Assembly (NCBI GenBank): GCA_035221665.1
Contig: CM069138.1
Location: 22,568,001 to 22,632,000, forward strand
From: Okamejei kenojei
Lineage: Eukaryota
Direction: 5' to 3'
Length of the DNA: 64,000 nucleotides
In this document: positions 1 to 10,600 of the stretch, in pieces
How the letters are laid out: each line of letters starts with the position of its first letter
Numbering within the stretch: the first letter of the stretch is position 1
Notes under the pieces: model-generated
Databases searched by the model: none
What the model saw: only the letters and a program-made list of their open reading frames with translations
What the model was told of the DNA's origin: nothing
Program-made: the position numbers and the translations under genes

Positions 1-130
1 GGAATGGAGGGGTATGGTCTGAGTGCAGGTAGATGGGAATGGGGAAAACAAATGGTCGGCACGGACTGGAAGGGCCGAGAGGGCCTGTTTCCGTGCTGTA
101 ATTGTTATATGGTTATATGGTTATATGGTT
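1..130 (+). mobile_element. 3' end of CR1-type LINE with (TATATGGT)n tail
   Basis: Close match to the reverse complement of the CR1 3' end at about 23445-23575; ends in ttatatggttatatggttatatggtt. Confidence 0.75.
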
Positions 131-682
131 AATGTAGAGGTATTGCTGTCAAAATGTGCATTTGAATTTGTGATATGTTGTATTGTGAACACATTAGCTG
201 CCAAGGGATGTTCAGGGAGGGTGAGCGAGGGTAACTTTGTTGCTATATATAAAAAATAAAATGGGGGAAAATGTAATGCAATACATCAGCTGTATTGTAT
301 CTTTCCTTCAATAAAAAACTAAATTACTAAAAGTCTGATCTTGACTTCTCCCTGTTGTTTTGTATAATGATTTTAGATAAAACGCTGCCACATATGGCTG
401 TGATTTTTGGCCATCTAACTCCGCTGTGCAGGACAAGAGGATTTTTCCCATTGATAAAAAATAAAAGACTTATTAGTGTTTAAAAAATGTTGACATTCTC
501 TCTCCTGAAGGCCACGCCCCTTCCGGAGGGACGATAAAACCCAGAATGTGTTGAGTGCCTCAGTCAGTCTCTGCAAGATGGGGGAGCGAGAGGGTCACGT
601 TTCTCGGTCTCAGCTGTGAATAACACTGAACACATGTCTACAAAACTGTGAGTGTGGTTTTACTGACCTTGAGTGTCCTTAA

Positions 683-1137
683 TCTGGTTTGAAAATGAAA
701 ATGTGGTTGGTTTGAAATAAAGCACAGCAAATCGTGGTTGGTGGTGGTTGGTTTGAAATAAAGCACTGCAAATGGTTGTTGGTGGGGGTTGGTTTGATAT
801 AAAGCACTGCAAATGGTTGTTGGTGGTGGTTGGTTTGAAATAAAGCACTACAAATGGTTGTTGGTGGTTTGTTTGAAATAAAGCACTGCACATGGTTGTT
901 GGTGGTGGTTGGTTTGATATAAAGCACTGTAAATGGTTGTTGGTGGTGGTAGGTTTGAAATAAAGCACGGCAAATGGTGGTTGGTTTGAAATAAAGCACT
1001 GCAAATGGTTGTTGGTTTGAAATAAAGCACTGCAAATGATTGTTGGTTTGAAATAAAGCACTGCAAATGGCTGTTGGTGGTGGTTGGTTGAAAATAAAGC
1101 ACTACAAATGGTTGTTGGTGATGGTTGGTTCGAAATG
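683..1137. repeat. Minisatellite, ~31-43 bp unit (AAATAAAGCACTGCAAATGGTTGTTGGTGGTGGTTGGTTTG)
   Basis: About 11 tandem units directly visible, with a variable number of GGT/GTT triplets. Confidence 0.9.
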
Positions 1138-1520
1138 GCAAATGATTAAATGTCTAAACTTGACCACTTCCTGTTCGCACTGTATATTGATTTTATATAA
1201 AACACTACCACTTACGCTGTGATTTTTGGCCATCTTACTCAGTCCCTCTCCGCTCATCAGGTACAGAGGCTTCTTCCCAGCAATGAAAAATAAAAGTGTT
1301 ATTAGTGTTTAAAAAATGTTGAGAATCTCTCTCCTGTCAATCACGCCACGAAGGCCACGCTCCTTCCTGTGTTAGGGGAGAGGGATTATAAAACCCAGAA
1401 ATGTGGGTGTGGCTCAGTCTCTGCAAGATGGAGGAGGGAGAGGTCACGACTCTGTCTGAGCTGTGAATCAACTGAACACACTGAATGGCACTGAACTGTG
1501 AGTATGATGTTTATCTGGTG

Positions 1521-4500
1521 TTTTACTTCGGTGTGACGTGACTGATTCCGTGAACAACCCCACCAGTCTGCATGGGTGTCATTATGTCTGACACATGGCG
1601 CAGCGACCGGCTGGGAGGAGCATCGCTCCTCCAGCGGTAAGTTTTATAAACCCTCAGGAAAATGTAAAACTTAGTCGGAGGTCATTTTCTACACATGATA
1701 ACTCTTGTTTTCAGGAGCAAGTCCAAGTATGGAGAAAGCGTGGAGGGTGAAGTCAGAGCGAGCCGCTGGCTGAGTACTTATGGAAGATCGCGGAAGTGCG
1801 GGAAGCAGGTGGACGCCTAGCTCACCTACCGAGTCGCTAGCGGTATGACCAGCGACTGCAGGCTTGGTGTCTGAAAGCACCGTGGCTGCTCCATTTGAGG
1901 GGAAAGCCAACAAAAAGTCTGCATGGCCCGCAGACTCAGACGAGTCGGGCTGGGAGGATTCCCCTCTGGGAATGGATAACGTCTTAGGACGGTTGTCCAG
2001 AATGGAGCTCCTAATGGAGAGGATGCTCCATCTAGACGCACTCCAACAGGAGGAGTTGTGTCAGCGTCAGCCTCTTGGAGAGCCCGTGCCAGCAGCACCT
2101 GGACAGGTCTGCTTAATGTCTCCTTCTTGGAGGAGGAGAGCGTGCGTCAGTGTTATTCTGACACTGAGTCTGAGGGTATAGCCATGGAGCATACCCCAAG
2201 GGATGAAGGGCATGAGTCAGAAGTACCATCCCTGGCAGCAGGATTTGCCATCCCAACAGAATCAGGGTGAAGCGTTGGCTGCAAGTATTAACTATATGGC
2301 TTCACACCAGCTTCAAGAGCTGACTATCGATGAAACAGCCAAAAAGTACGAGACGCCGGCTAATTGTGTCCTACTCAAAGTGCCGGCTGTGAACCATGCC
2401 ATATGGGGTCATATGGCGTAGGCATAAGAGCTCAGGAAATAAGGTTTCAGAGGGTGCCAAAGCTCCTCGCAACGGGCAGTACAGCGTTGGCCAGGTTGGT
2501 GGATGAAGGGCACCTGTCTGATGTACAGCAGGATGCCCTGGCCCTCATGTGTAATACGCACTTTGAGATAAACTGTCTGAGGAAGAGTGCCATCCGCCCC
2601 ACCATCAACCCGAAGTTTGGTGTTCTGTGCAAACCTAGTAATATTCAGCCACCAAATCTGCTGTTTGGTGAAGACCTCGTAAAAAGAGTCAAGGAACTGG
2701 ACGAAGAGGAAAAAACGGTCGGGCTCATTAAAGCACCGTTGACCGGCAGAGCGCTTCGGCAGCAGTATCCCTACAAACAGTTGCTGAAACCGGGCCAGGT
2801 CAAGGACCAAGTCGGCCATTCACCAATGTGCGCAGCTGCCGCATGCCGACAGGGGCATGGGCAAACATGCCCTTTCCCAGAAACGGGGCGGAAAAATCCA
2901 CCGGTAACCATGGAGGTAGGTGGGTCTGGTTCTTGTCAGAACATATTAAGTGGGAATCACCTACAAGTTGGAGGGAGATTACACTTGTTTCTGAAGGAAT
3001 GGTATGGGATAACATCAGATTTGTTTATACTGAGTAGTATACAAGGGTTTCGAATTGAATTCCTTCCCAATTTGTGTCCTCCCATACAGCATACCCTAAG
3101 TCGGACACTCATTTTCTCACAAAAAGAGAATTTGGAGGTAGATTCAATCAAATTTAGAGTTGATTGAGTCTACCAGGTAGACTCAATCAACTCTACCTAC
3201 CAGGTAGACTCAACATGGTGGCAGGCACCAGGGTATGCAAATTCAATGACAACACAGTATGGATGTTGAATCATGATGTATTTATTGATATTGTTGTTTG
3301 GTATGGGATGCCAGATATCGATTTGTTTGCATCCACTCAATCACCAGTTACCTAAATATGTTTCATGGGAACCAGACCTAGGGGCAGTAGCGGTAGATGC
3401 ATTCTCGCTACATTGGGGTGGAATGTTTTTATATGCGTTTCCTCCATTTTGCCTCATCAGTCGGTGCCTGCTCAAAATCAAGCAGGACTTCGCTTCAGGA
3501 GTGTTGGTGGTACCCAACTGGCCTACTCAGCCATGGTTCCCTCTCGTTTTGGAGATAACACAGCCTATTATGGCTGTCCCGAAACGCAGTGATGCACCCT
3601 GTAACTGGGGATTTACATCCATTACATGATCGTATTGATCTGTTAATTTGCAGATTCTGAGGAGGCCATACCTGGGGCTTGGACTATCCGATCGTACCGT
3701 GGATGTGATTGCTGTGGCCTGGAGGGATAATACCAAAAAACAGTATATCTCTCATGTTAGGAAATGGGACGTGTTCTGTGTACGGGGGAACATTACATAT
3801 CACACGGCATGCATCTCAGATGTGCTAGAATTTCTGTCAATGTTATATTTTGAAGAAGGGTTGAGCTACAGTATCATCAATAGTGCCAGGAGTGCCATGT
3901 CATTATACTTATTGCTGGGGTCAGAACAACATTCTGTTGGATCTCACCCTTTAATATCCCGGTTTATGAGGGGTATTTTTAATTCCAATCCCCCCAGGCC
4001 CAGGTACTCAAAAATCTGGGATGTGAGCGTGGTGCTTGCGCTGCTTCGCCAGTGGGCTCCATCCATATCCCTGTCTTTGCCCAAAATCACCCTTAAGGTG
4101 GTCATGCTCATGGTACTGGTTTCAGCGCAATGGGTCCAGATGTTGCAGAAGCTGCGACTGGACAGGATGGTATCATCTGGTAATAACATTACGTTTTACA
4201 TTTATGATTTAATTAAGCAGAGCAGACCAGGGGTGTCAGGGAACAAGATTACTTATTCGGCATACCCCATGGATTTACGACTGTGTGTAGTGTCGCACTT
4301 GCAATATTATATTAAGGTCACCAAGAGCCTCAGAGGTTCGGAATCAGCATTAGTTATTAGCCACAAAAAGCTGCATATGAAAGTGTCGGTTCAGACCATT
4401 TCAAGGTGGCTGAAACAGGTTCTCGTGTGTGCAGGAGTGGACACTGACAATTTTAAATCTCACTCCACCAGGGTGGCATCAACGTCAGCAGTGGACGTCC

Positions 4501-5087
4501 CTCTCGACCATATCCTCGCGGCTGCAGGATGGTCAAATGAACTGACTTTTCAAAGGTTCTATAACAAACCGCTTACCGAACCGGGGGTATCCCAATCTGA
4601 TGTATAGATTCCAACTGGGAGAGAGGGGTCGATATCGTTTTCTTTTGTTAAATAAATCATTAACATTTTCTAATCAATGTCATGGTTCAATTAATTGTTT
4701 TTTATTCACGCATCCTGAGTCAATTGATGCAGTGAGACGCCTGGATTCATATCTATGGCATGAAATCACAGAGCTTTGAAATCTTCATGGAATCACGCAC
4801 GTGACTCTGAAGTAAAATAGTAAGATTAAACGAGAACTTATTTTATGAGGAGTTACGATGAGCGATTACGTGCCCACCACTCCCAACCCTCATATCACAA
4901 AAGTCATCTGGTAGTTCTAGGTTTATAATCTTACCATATTACTTCAATTACTGTTATCTTTGATTTCACACGAAGATTGAAGTGCATGCGGACTGGTGGG
5001 GTTCCTCACGTAATCGCTCATCATAACTTCTCATAAAATAAAGATCAAACGTCAAACTGGTAAGTTCTCATTTAATCTTACTATTTT
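1521..5087 (+). mobile_element. DIRS tyrosine-recombinase retrotransposon, copy 1 (gag remnants, RT/RNaseH largely deleted, MT-like remnant, YR ORF)
   Basis: YR ORF 3648-4607 with HSTR motif and AAGWS...FQRFY; DAFSLHW...FPPF MT-like motif (3273-3629). Inverted terminal repeats (1549-1573 vs 4985-5010). Internal complementary region about 4785-4840 equals revcomp(5' end)+revcomp(3' end) joined at AAAA. Confidence 0.9.
3648..4607 (+). CDS. DIRS tyrosine recombinase (copy 1)
   Basis: 319-aa open frame with SAM-like N-terminal region and KSHSTR catalytic motif. Begins at TTG, probably entered by splicing at 3654. The first catalytic Arg appears replaced (SAQWVQ vs SVQRVQ in copy 2). Confidence 0.75.
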   Translation: MQILRRPYLGLGLSDRTVDVIAVAWRDNTKKQYISHVRKWDVFCVRGNITYHTACISDVLEFLSMLYFEEGLSYSIINSARSAMSLYLLLGSEQHSVGSHPLISRFMRGIFNSNPPRPRYSKIWDVSVVLALLRQWAPSISLSLPKITLKVVMLMVLVSAQWVQMLQKLRLDRMVSSGNNITFYIYDLIKQSRPGVSGNKITYSAYPMDLRLCVVSHLQYYIKVTKSLRGSESALVISHKKLHMKVSVQTISRWLKQVLVCAGVDTDNFKSHSTRVASTSAVDVPLDHILAAAGWSNELTFQRFYNKPLTEPGVSQSDV

Positions 5088-5128
5088 GTGGCGTTTAGTG
5101 TGGTTTTATGGTGGTTTTATGATGGTTT

Positions 5129-5390
5129 CACCCTGCTTGAAATGGTATGAAACTGCATTTGAATCTGGTGGCCTTGTACCCTGCTTGAAGTGACATGAAA
5201 CTGCAGTTAAATTTGGTGGCCTTGCATCCTGCTTGAAATGGTATGAAACTGTACTTGAATTTGGTGGCCTTGCACCCTGCTTGAAGTGGTATGAAACTGC
5301 ACTTGAATTTGGTGGTGTTGCGCCCTGCTTGAAATGGTAGGAAACTGCATTTGAATTTGGTGGCCTTGCACCTTGCTTGAAATGGAATTT
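5129..5390. repeat. Minisatellite, 48-bp unit (CACCCTGCTTGAAATGGTATGAAACTGCATTTGAATTTGGTGGCCTTG)
   Basis: About 5.5 tandem copies visible. Confidence 0.9.
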
Positions 5391-5909
5391 CAAGGAATAG
5401 CCGTGAGTCAACTGCCAGCCCACTAGTCATGAGTGAGCTGCCAGCACATCAGGCTTGAGTGACTGAGCTGCCACCCTAAGAATCCATTTGGCCTACAATG
5501 TACATACTAGCCCTCTAGAAAACAGTCCATTCTGCCCACAATACGCATGCTAGCGCTCCAGAAAGCCCCCACCACTGGCCACCAATATTTGGAATTGGCG
5601 GAGAGAGGGAACATTGCGTTGGGGGACCAGCCCTCCTGTGTGAATATGGAACCCAACGGGTCCCACTTAATCTAGTATATATTAAAATCTATTTTACAAT
5701 GCAATATGTCTGACATTTGTTCAATACATAAACAATACAACAAGATAAAGAGGATGTGATGCCGAGTGTGGCTGAATGTGGTCAGGAAACCTGAGATATT
5801 CAGCTCAAAGCATACAATGTGGTTATAGACAAATAAACATGTAAAGGAGCAGTGCAATTACATAGCTCTGGAATAGGGGTAGTTAGAACAGCTAATTAAC
5901 CTACCTACG

Positions 5910-6890
5910 TTGTGTGTAGGAAAGAACTGCAGATGCTGATTTAAATCGAAGGTACAAAATGCTGGAGTAACTTAGATTCTCTGGAGAGAAGGAATGCTTG
6001 ACGTTTCAGGTCAAGACCTTTCTTCAGACTTCAGGCGAGTGGACGGGACAGAGATAGAATGTAGTCAAAGACAGTGAAACTCGTGGGAGAACTAGAAAGG
6101 TGGAGGGGATGGAGAGAGAGGGAAAGCAAAGGCTATTTGAACGTAGAGAAGTCAATGTTCATACTGCTGCGGTGCAAGCTACACAAGCGAAATATGAGGT
6201 GCTATTCCTCCAATTTGCGCTGGGCCTCACTCTGACAATGGAGGAGGCCCAGGACAGAAAGGTCAGTTTGGGAATGGGAAGGGAGGTTAAGGCGGACTGT
6301 GCGGAGGTGTTCAGCAAAACGATTGCCGAGCCTGGGCTTGGTCTCGCTAATGTACAGAAGTTAACACCTGGTACAGCGGATACAGTAGATGAGGTTGGAG
6401 GAGGCGCTAGTGAAACTCTGCCTCACCTGAAAAAACTGTCGGGGTCCTTGGATGGAGTCAAGGGGGGGAGGTAAATGGACAGGTGTTGCATCTCCTGCAA
6501 TAAAGTATCTGGGGAGGGGGTGGTATGGGTGGCAAGGGACGAGTTGACCAGGGAGTTGCGGAGGGTACAGTCTCTGTGGAAAGCAGAAAGGGTGGAGATG
6601 TGAAGATGTGGGCAGTAGTGGGATCTCGTTGAAGGTGCTGAAGGTGTTGGAGGATTATATGCTGTAGTCGACAGCTGATGGGGTGGAAGGTGAGGACAAG
6701 GGGGACTTGCAATAAATGGGGGGGAGGGGGAGCAAGAGCGGATCTGCGGGATATCAAGGAGACCCTAGAGAGAGCCTCATCTGTAATGGAAGAGGGGAAC
6801 CCACATATCCTAAAGAAGGAGGACATCTCTGAGTATAGAAAACTTCATCCTGGGCGCAGATACGGTGTAGGCGGAGGAATTGGGATCAAG
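5910..6890 (-). mobile_element. Penelope-like element fragment (GIY-YIG region and pseudo-LTR)
   Basis: Minus-strand translation VPLVLTFHPISCRLQHIILQHL...CRRCNTCPFTS is typical of PLE C-termini; hammerhead-like core at 6000-6029. Confidence 0.75.
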
Positions 6891-6944
6891 GGATAGAGTC
6901 TAATAGATGCTGCCTGTCACGCTGAGTTACTCCAGCATTTTGTG

Positions 6945-7115
6945 TCAACCTAACTACTTTCACGTCTTTAGAATGTGGTAGAAATCCAGGGCATCCAGAG
7001 TGAATTGTTATGATCACCGCAGAATGTTCAAACTTCACACAGACAGCACCTGAGGTCAGGATGAAATCTAGGTCTCTGGCACTGTGACATAGTGGCACTA
7101 TTAGCTGCACCATCT
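6945..7115 (-). mobile_element. tRNA-derived SINE fragment
   Basis: Minus strand reads ggtgcagctaatagtgccactatgtcacagtgccagagacctagatttcatcctgacc (degenerate A/B boxes); same family as other SINEs in the window. Confidence 0.65.
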
Positions 7116-7661
7116 ACCATACTAAGATAATTTAATTTAGTGTAGTTTAGTTTATTATTGTCACGTGTATCGAGGTGCAATGAAAAGCTTTTCTTTGTGT
7201 GCTATCCAGGAAGGACATGAATACAATCAAACTATTCACAGCGCATAAATACATTTGTGTGATTGTCAGGCCTTCTTTTCTGCTCTCTGCAATTTCTTGC
7301 GGTCTTGGATGGAACTGTTCTCAAACCCAGGCTGTGATGCATCCCAATTAAATGCATCTGTAAAAGTTGGTGATGGTAGTTGAGGACATGTCAAACTTCT
7401 ACGTAAATGGAAGCGTGGTGTGCTTTTTGAAGTACCAGTGCTTTTTGACCATAGCTTAGACATGGCTGGTCCAGGACAAATTGTTGGCGATATTTATTCC
7501 TAGGAACTTGAAACTTTGAATGTTGCAATGAACTCAGTTGTGTGAAGGACCTGTTTCCATGCCTTATTTCTAAACTAAATTGAATTAAAACCCTGACCTC
7601 AATACACTTTCTGTACCATTTCCATATCTTCTGATTCTTCCAATATCCACTGATCTCTCTA

Positions 7662-10600
7662 TTTTACTTCGGAGTCACATGAGTGACTCCTTCCAGCGGG
7701 TAAGTTTAAAAGGTCCATGTAAGTGTTTTTTCAAACAACTTTGCTGGAATTGTTGCTCCCGGTTTGGAGCACACTTGTTGGACGAGAATATTGTGTTGTG
7801 TTTTCCCACAAATATGTCGAAGGTGAAGAGGCGAGCCACGACCAAAACAGCTGCAGAAGACCACGGGCCTACGGGCAGCGTGCGACCGCCGAATTTACCT
7901 AAAGAGCTGCTGGTAGAGCAGCCAGCAGCCACAGAATTGGTGCGGGAAGGCACCTTGGCTACTCCACGAGGGAGGAAAGCCACTAGGAAGTCTGTAAGGG
8001 TCCTGGACTCTGAGGAGTTGGGCCAGGAGGTGGACGAGTTCCCTCCTCAGGGCAGTGTTACCGGCAGGCTGGCCCAGCTGGAGAGCCTTGTGGAGAGGTT
8101 ACTCTAGCACGATACACTCCAGAGGAAGGAGCAATCGGAGCCTGGGGTGTTTATTGTACCCGAGGCAGCAGCGCCTGTGACAGGGCTGCTTGATATCTCC
8201 CTGTCTGATGAAGGGAGCGTACGAGGTCAGAGCTATGCTGACCCAGAGTATGGAGGCACAGTCGGGCTAGAGGGACCATCGGGTGGATTGGCCATAGCAT
8301 CCAGATTTGCAGTCCCAGCCCTCACCGACGAGCCATTGGACATAGAGCTCGCTGAGAATATTAATTATATGGCTTCTCATCCTCTGCAAGAACAGACGAT
8401 GGAGGAGACCACTGTCAGGTACACTACTCCACAGAACTGTGCCTCACTGAGTGTCCCCATTGTAAACCAAGCTATATGGGGGCACATTGGAGGGGGGAGT
8501 CAGAGCCCAGGAGGTTAAATTGCAGAAGGTACTCCGGCTACTTGCCTCGGGCATCACGGCCTTTGCAAGGTCAGTAGAGGGGGCGCCTCTCTCAGAGACT
8601 CAGGAGGACGCATTGGCATTAATGTGCAATGCACATTTTGAAATTAATTTTATCCGTAAAAATGCCATCCGTCCTACCATCAATCCTAAATTTGCTGGAC
8701 TTTGTAAATCGAGGACAGTTCAACCCACAGACCTCCTATTTGGAGAAAACCTGACTAAGCAGGTGAAAGATTTGGAAGAAGAGTCTAAGACTGGGGCTCA
8801 TGAAGGTGCCTCCAAAGGGGTCGTTTTTTCGCAGACTGTATCCCTACCCTCAGGGGCCTGCAAACCGGTTCACTGGGTATGGTGGACGTAGTGTGGAGCA
8901 AACTACACAGAGGCCTTTTTTAGGGCGGCAGTCCTACCTCCCAGACTTGGGGGACAGAAGCAGCAACATTACCGCCGGTAAATCCTAAGGTAAGTGACAT
9001 TGCAATGGATAGATTACAAGTTGGGGGGAGATTGCAATTTTTTCTGCATGAATGGCAGTGGATAACATCTAACCCGTTTATACTGCATAGTATTCAAGGT
9101 TTTCAAATTGAGTTCATTTCTGATTTGCCTCCACCTACTCAGCACACACCTCGTCGTAAGTTTGTGTTCTCATAACAGGAGTGTGTTAGTGCAGAAAAAG
9201 AGGTAGAGTCTTTGTTAAAAAAAGATGTAATTGAAAGGGCAAGGTGTGAGTCTTATCAATTTGTGTCCAACATCTTTATGAGGCCAAAAAAAGGATGGAG
9301 GATGTAGAATTATTTTAGATTTGACAGAGCTTAACACTTTTGTGCAGTATAAACTTTTAAAAATGGAAACGTTTGTTACAGCTAAACAACTGCTTTCCAG
9401 GGTATATTATATTGCAAGCATTGAACTCAAAGATGCTTACTATTCAGTGGCCATTCATGAGCAGCACAGACATTTTTTGAAATTTAACTGGATGGGTCAG
9501 TTCTGGCAGTTTAAAGCTTTGCCTAATGGATTAACTTTGGCTCCCAGATTATTCACAAAATTGCTCAAACCAGTTCTGGGGTTACTCAGAGCACAAAATC
9601 ATATTGTCATGGCATATTTGGACGACATTTTAGTAATTGGCATTACTTTTGAATTAGCTGAATCATCTGTGGCAGCTACAAAACTTGTTTTTGAAAAGAT
9701 TGGATTGATTATTCATCCAGTTAAGTCTAAATTGGTGCCATCTAAGATAATTGACTATTTGGGGTTCACCATTAACTCAGAACACATGTCAGTGACTCTG
9801 CCTCAGGGCAAACAATTAGACTTAATTGAAGCCTGCAGGAAACTCATTGTTGATAATCACCCGTCTATTAGACATGTGGCTCGGGTAATTGGGAAATTAG
9901 TGGCAGCATTCCCAGCTGCTCAATGCGGGCCTTTGCACTACCAAAATTTACAGCATGTAAAGGAACAGGCACTTAAACTTCAGAGAGGTCATTTCGATAG
10001 ACCAATGCAGCTATCAGCTGACGCTCTAACTGAGTTACAATGGTGGATAGCCAATATTCAGTGCTGCTCTGGTACTATTATATTCAATGCACCATCAATT
10101 ATCCTGCAAACTGATGCCAGTACAGTAGGTTGGGGTGCTACAGATACTGTCTCAAGCTGCGGTGGCAGATGGGACCTGCAGGAAGCATCCATGCTTCAAT
10201 CACTCGGCATTAACTATTTAGAGTTGTTGGGTGCACTCTATGGGTTAAAAGCTTTTTGTACCGACAGACATCATGTGCATGTCCAACTTCAGATTGACAA
10301 TACTACTGCGGTAGCGTACATTAATCACATGGGTGGCAGTAAGTCTGTATCCAGTGATAGGTTGTCCAATCTTCGCTGGCACTGGTGTATTGCAAGAAAC
10401 ATCTGGGTTTCAGCTATCTATTTACCAGGAAGGTATAACACAGTGGCAGACACCAGGTCGCGAGAGTTCAATGATAACAAAGAATGGATGTTAAATCACG
10501 AAGTGTTCAATGATATTGTCCTTCGTTATGGTGTGCCGGATATTGATCTGTTTGCTTCCCGGCTTAATCATCAGTTACCAATTTATGTGTCATGGGAGCC

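Larger units (their letters stand above)
318..5675 (+). mobile_element. Non-autonomous Helitron-like element, interrupted by a DIRS insertion (about 1521-5087)
   Basis: 3' end has hairpin GGAACCC-aac-GGGTCCC (5648-5664) followed by CTAG (5672-75) and T; 5' end is an AT-rich ctaaattactaaaa. Internal ~330-bp direct repeat (about 336-660 vs 1158-1505) and two minisatellites; similar gtggtttt-type sequence on both sides of the DIRS. Confidence 0.6.

Noticed and set aside
660-1141. Repetitive ORFs (also 5106-5430) or a CRISPR-like array
   Set aside because: Head-to-tail minisatellites without unique spacers in eukaryotic DNA; the ORFs are by-products of stop-poor repeat units.
8914-8925. T TTT TTA slippery heptamer in DIRS gag as a -1 frameshift site
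   Set aside because: In this copy the -1 frame stops shortly afterwards and is not the pol frame; copy 1 does not show the motif.
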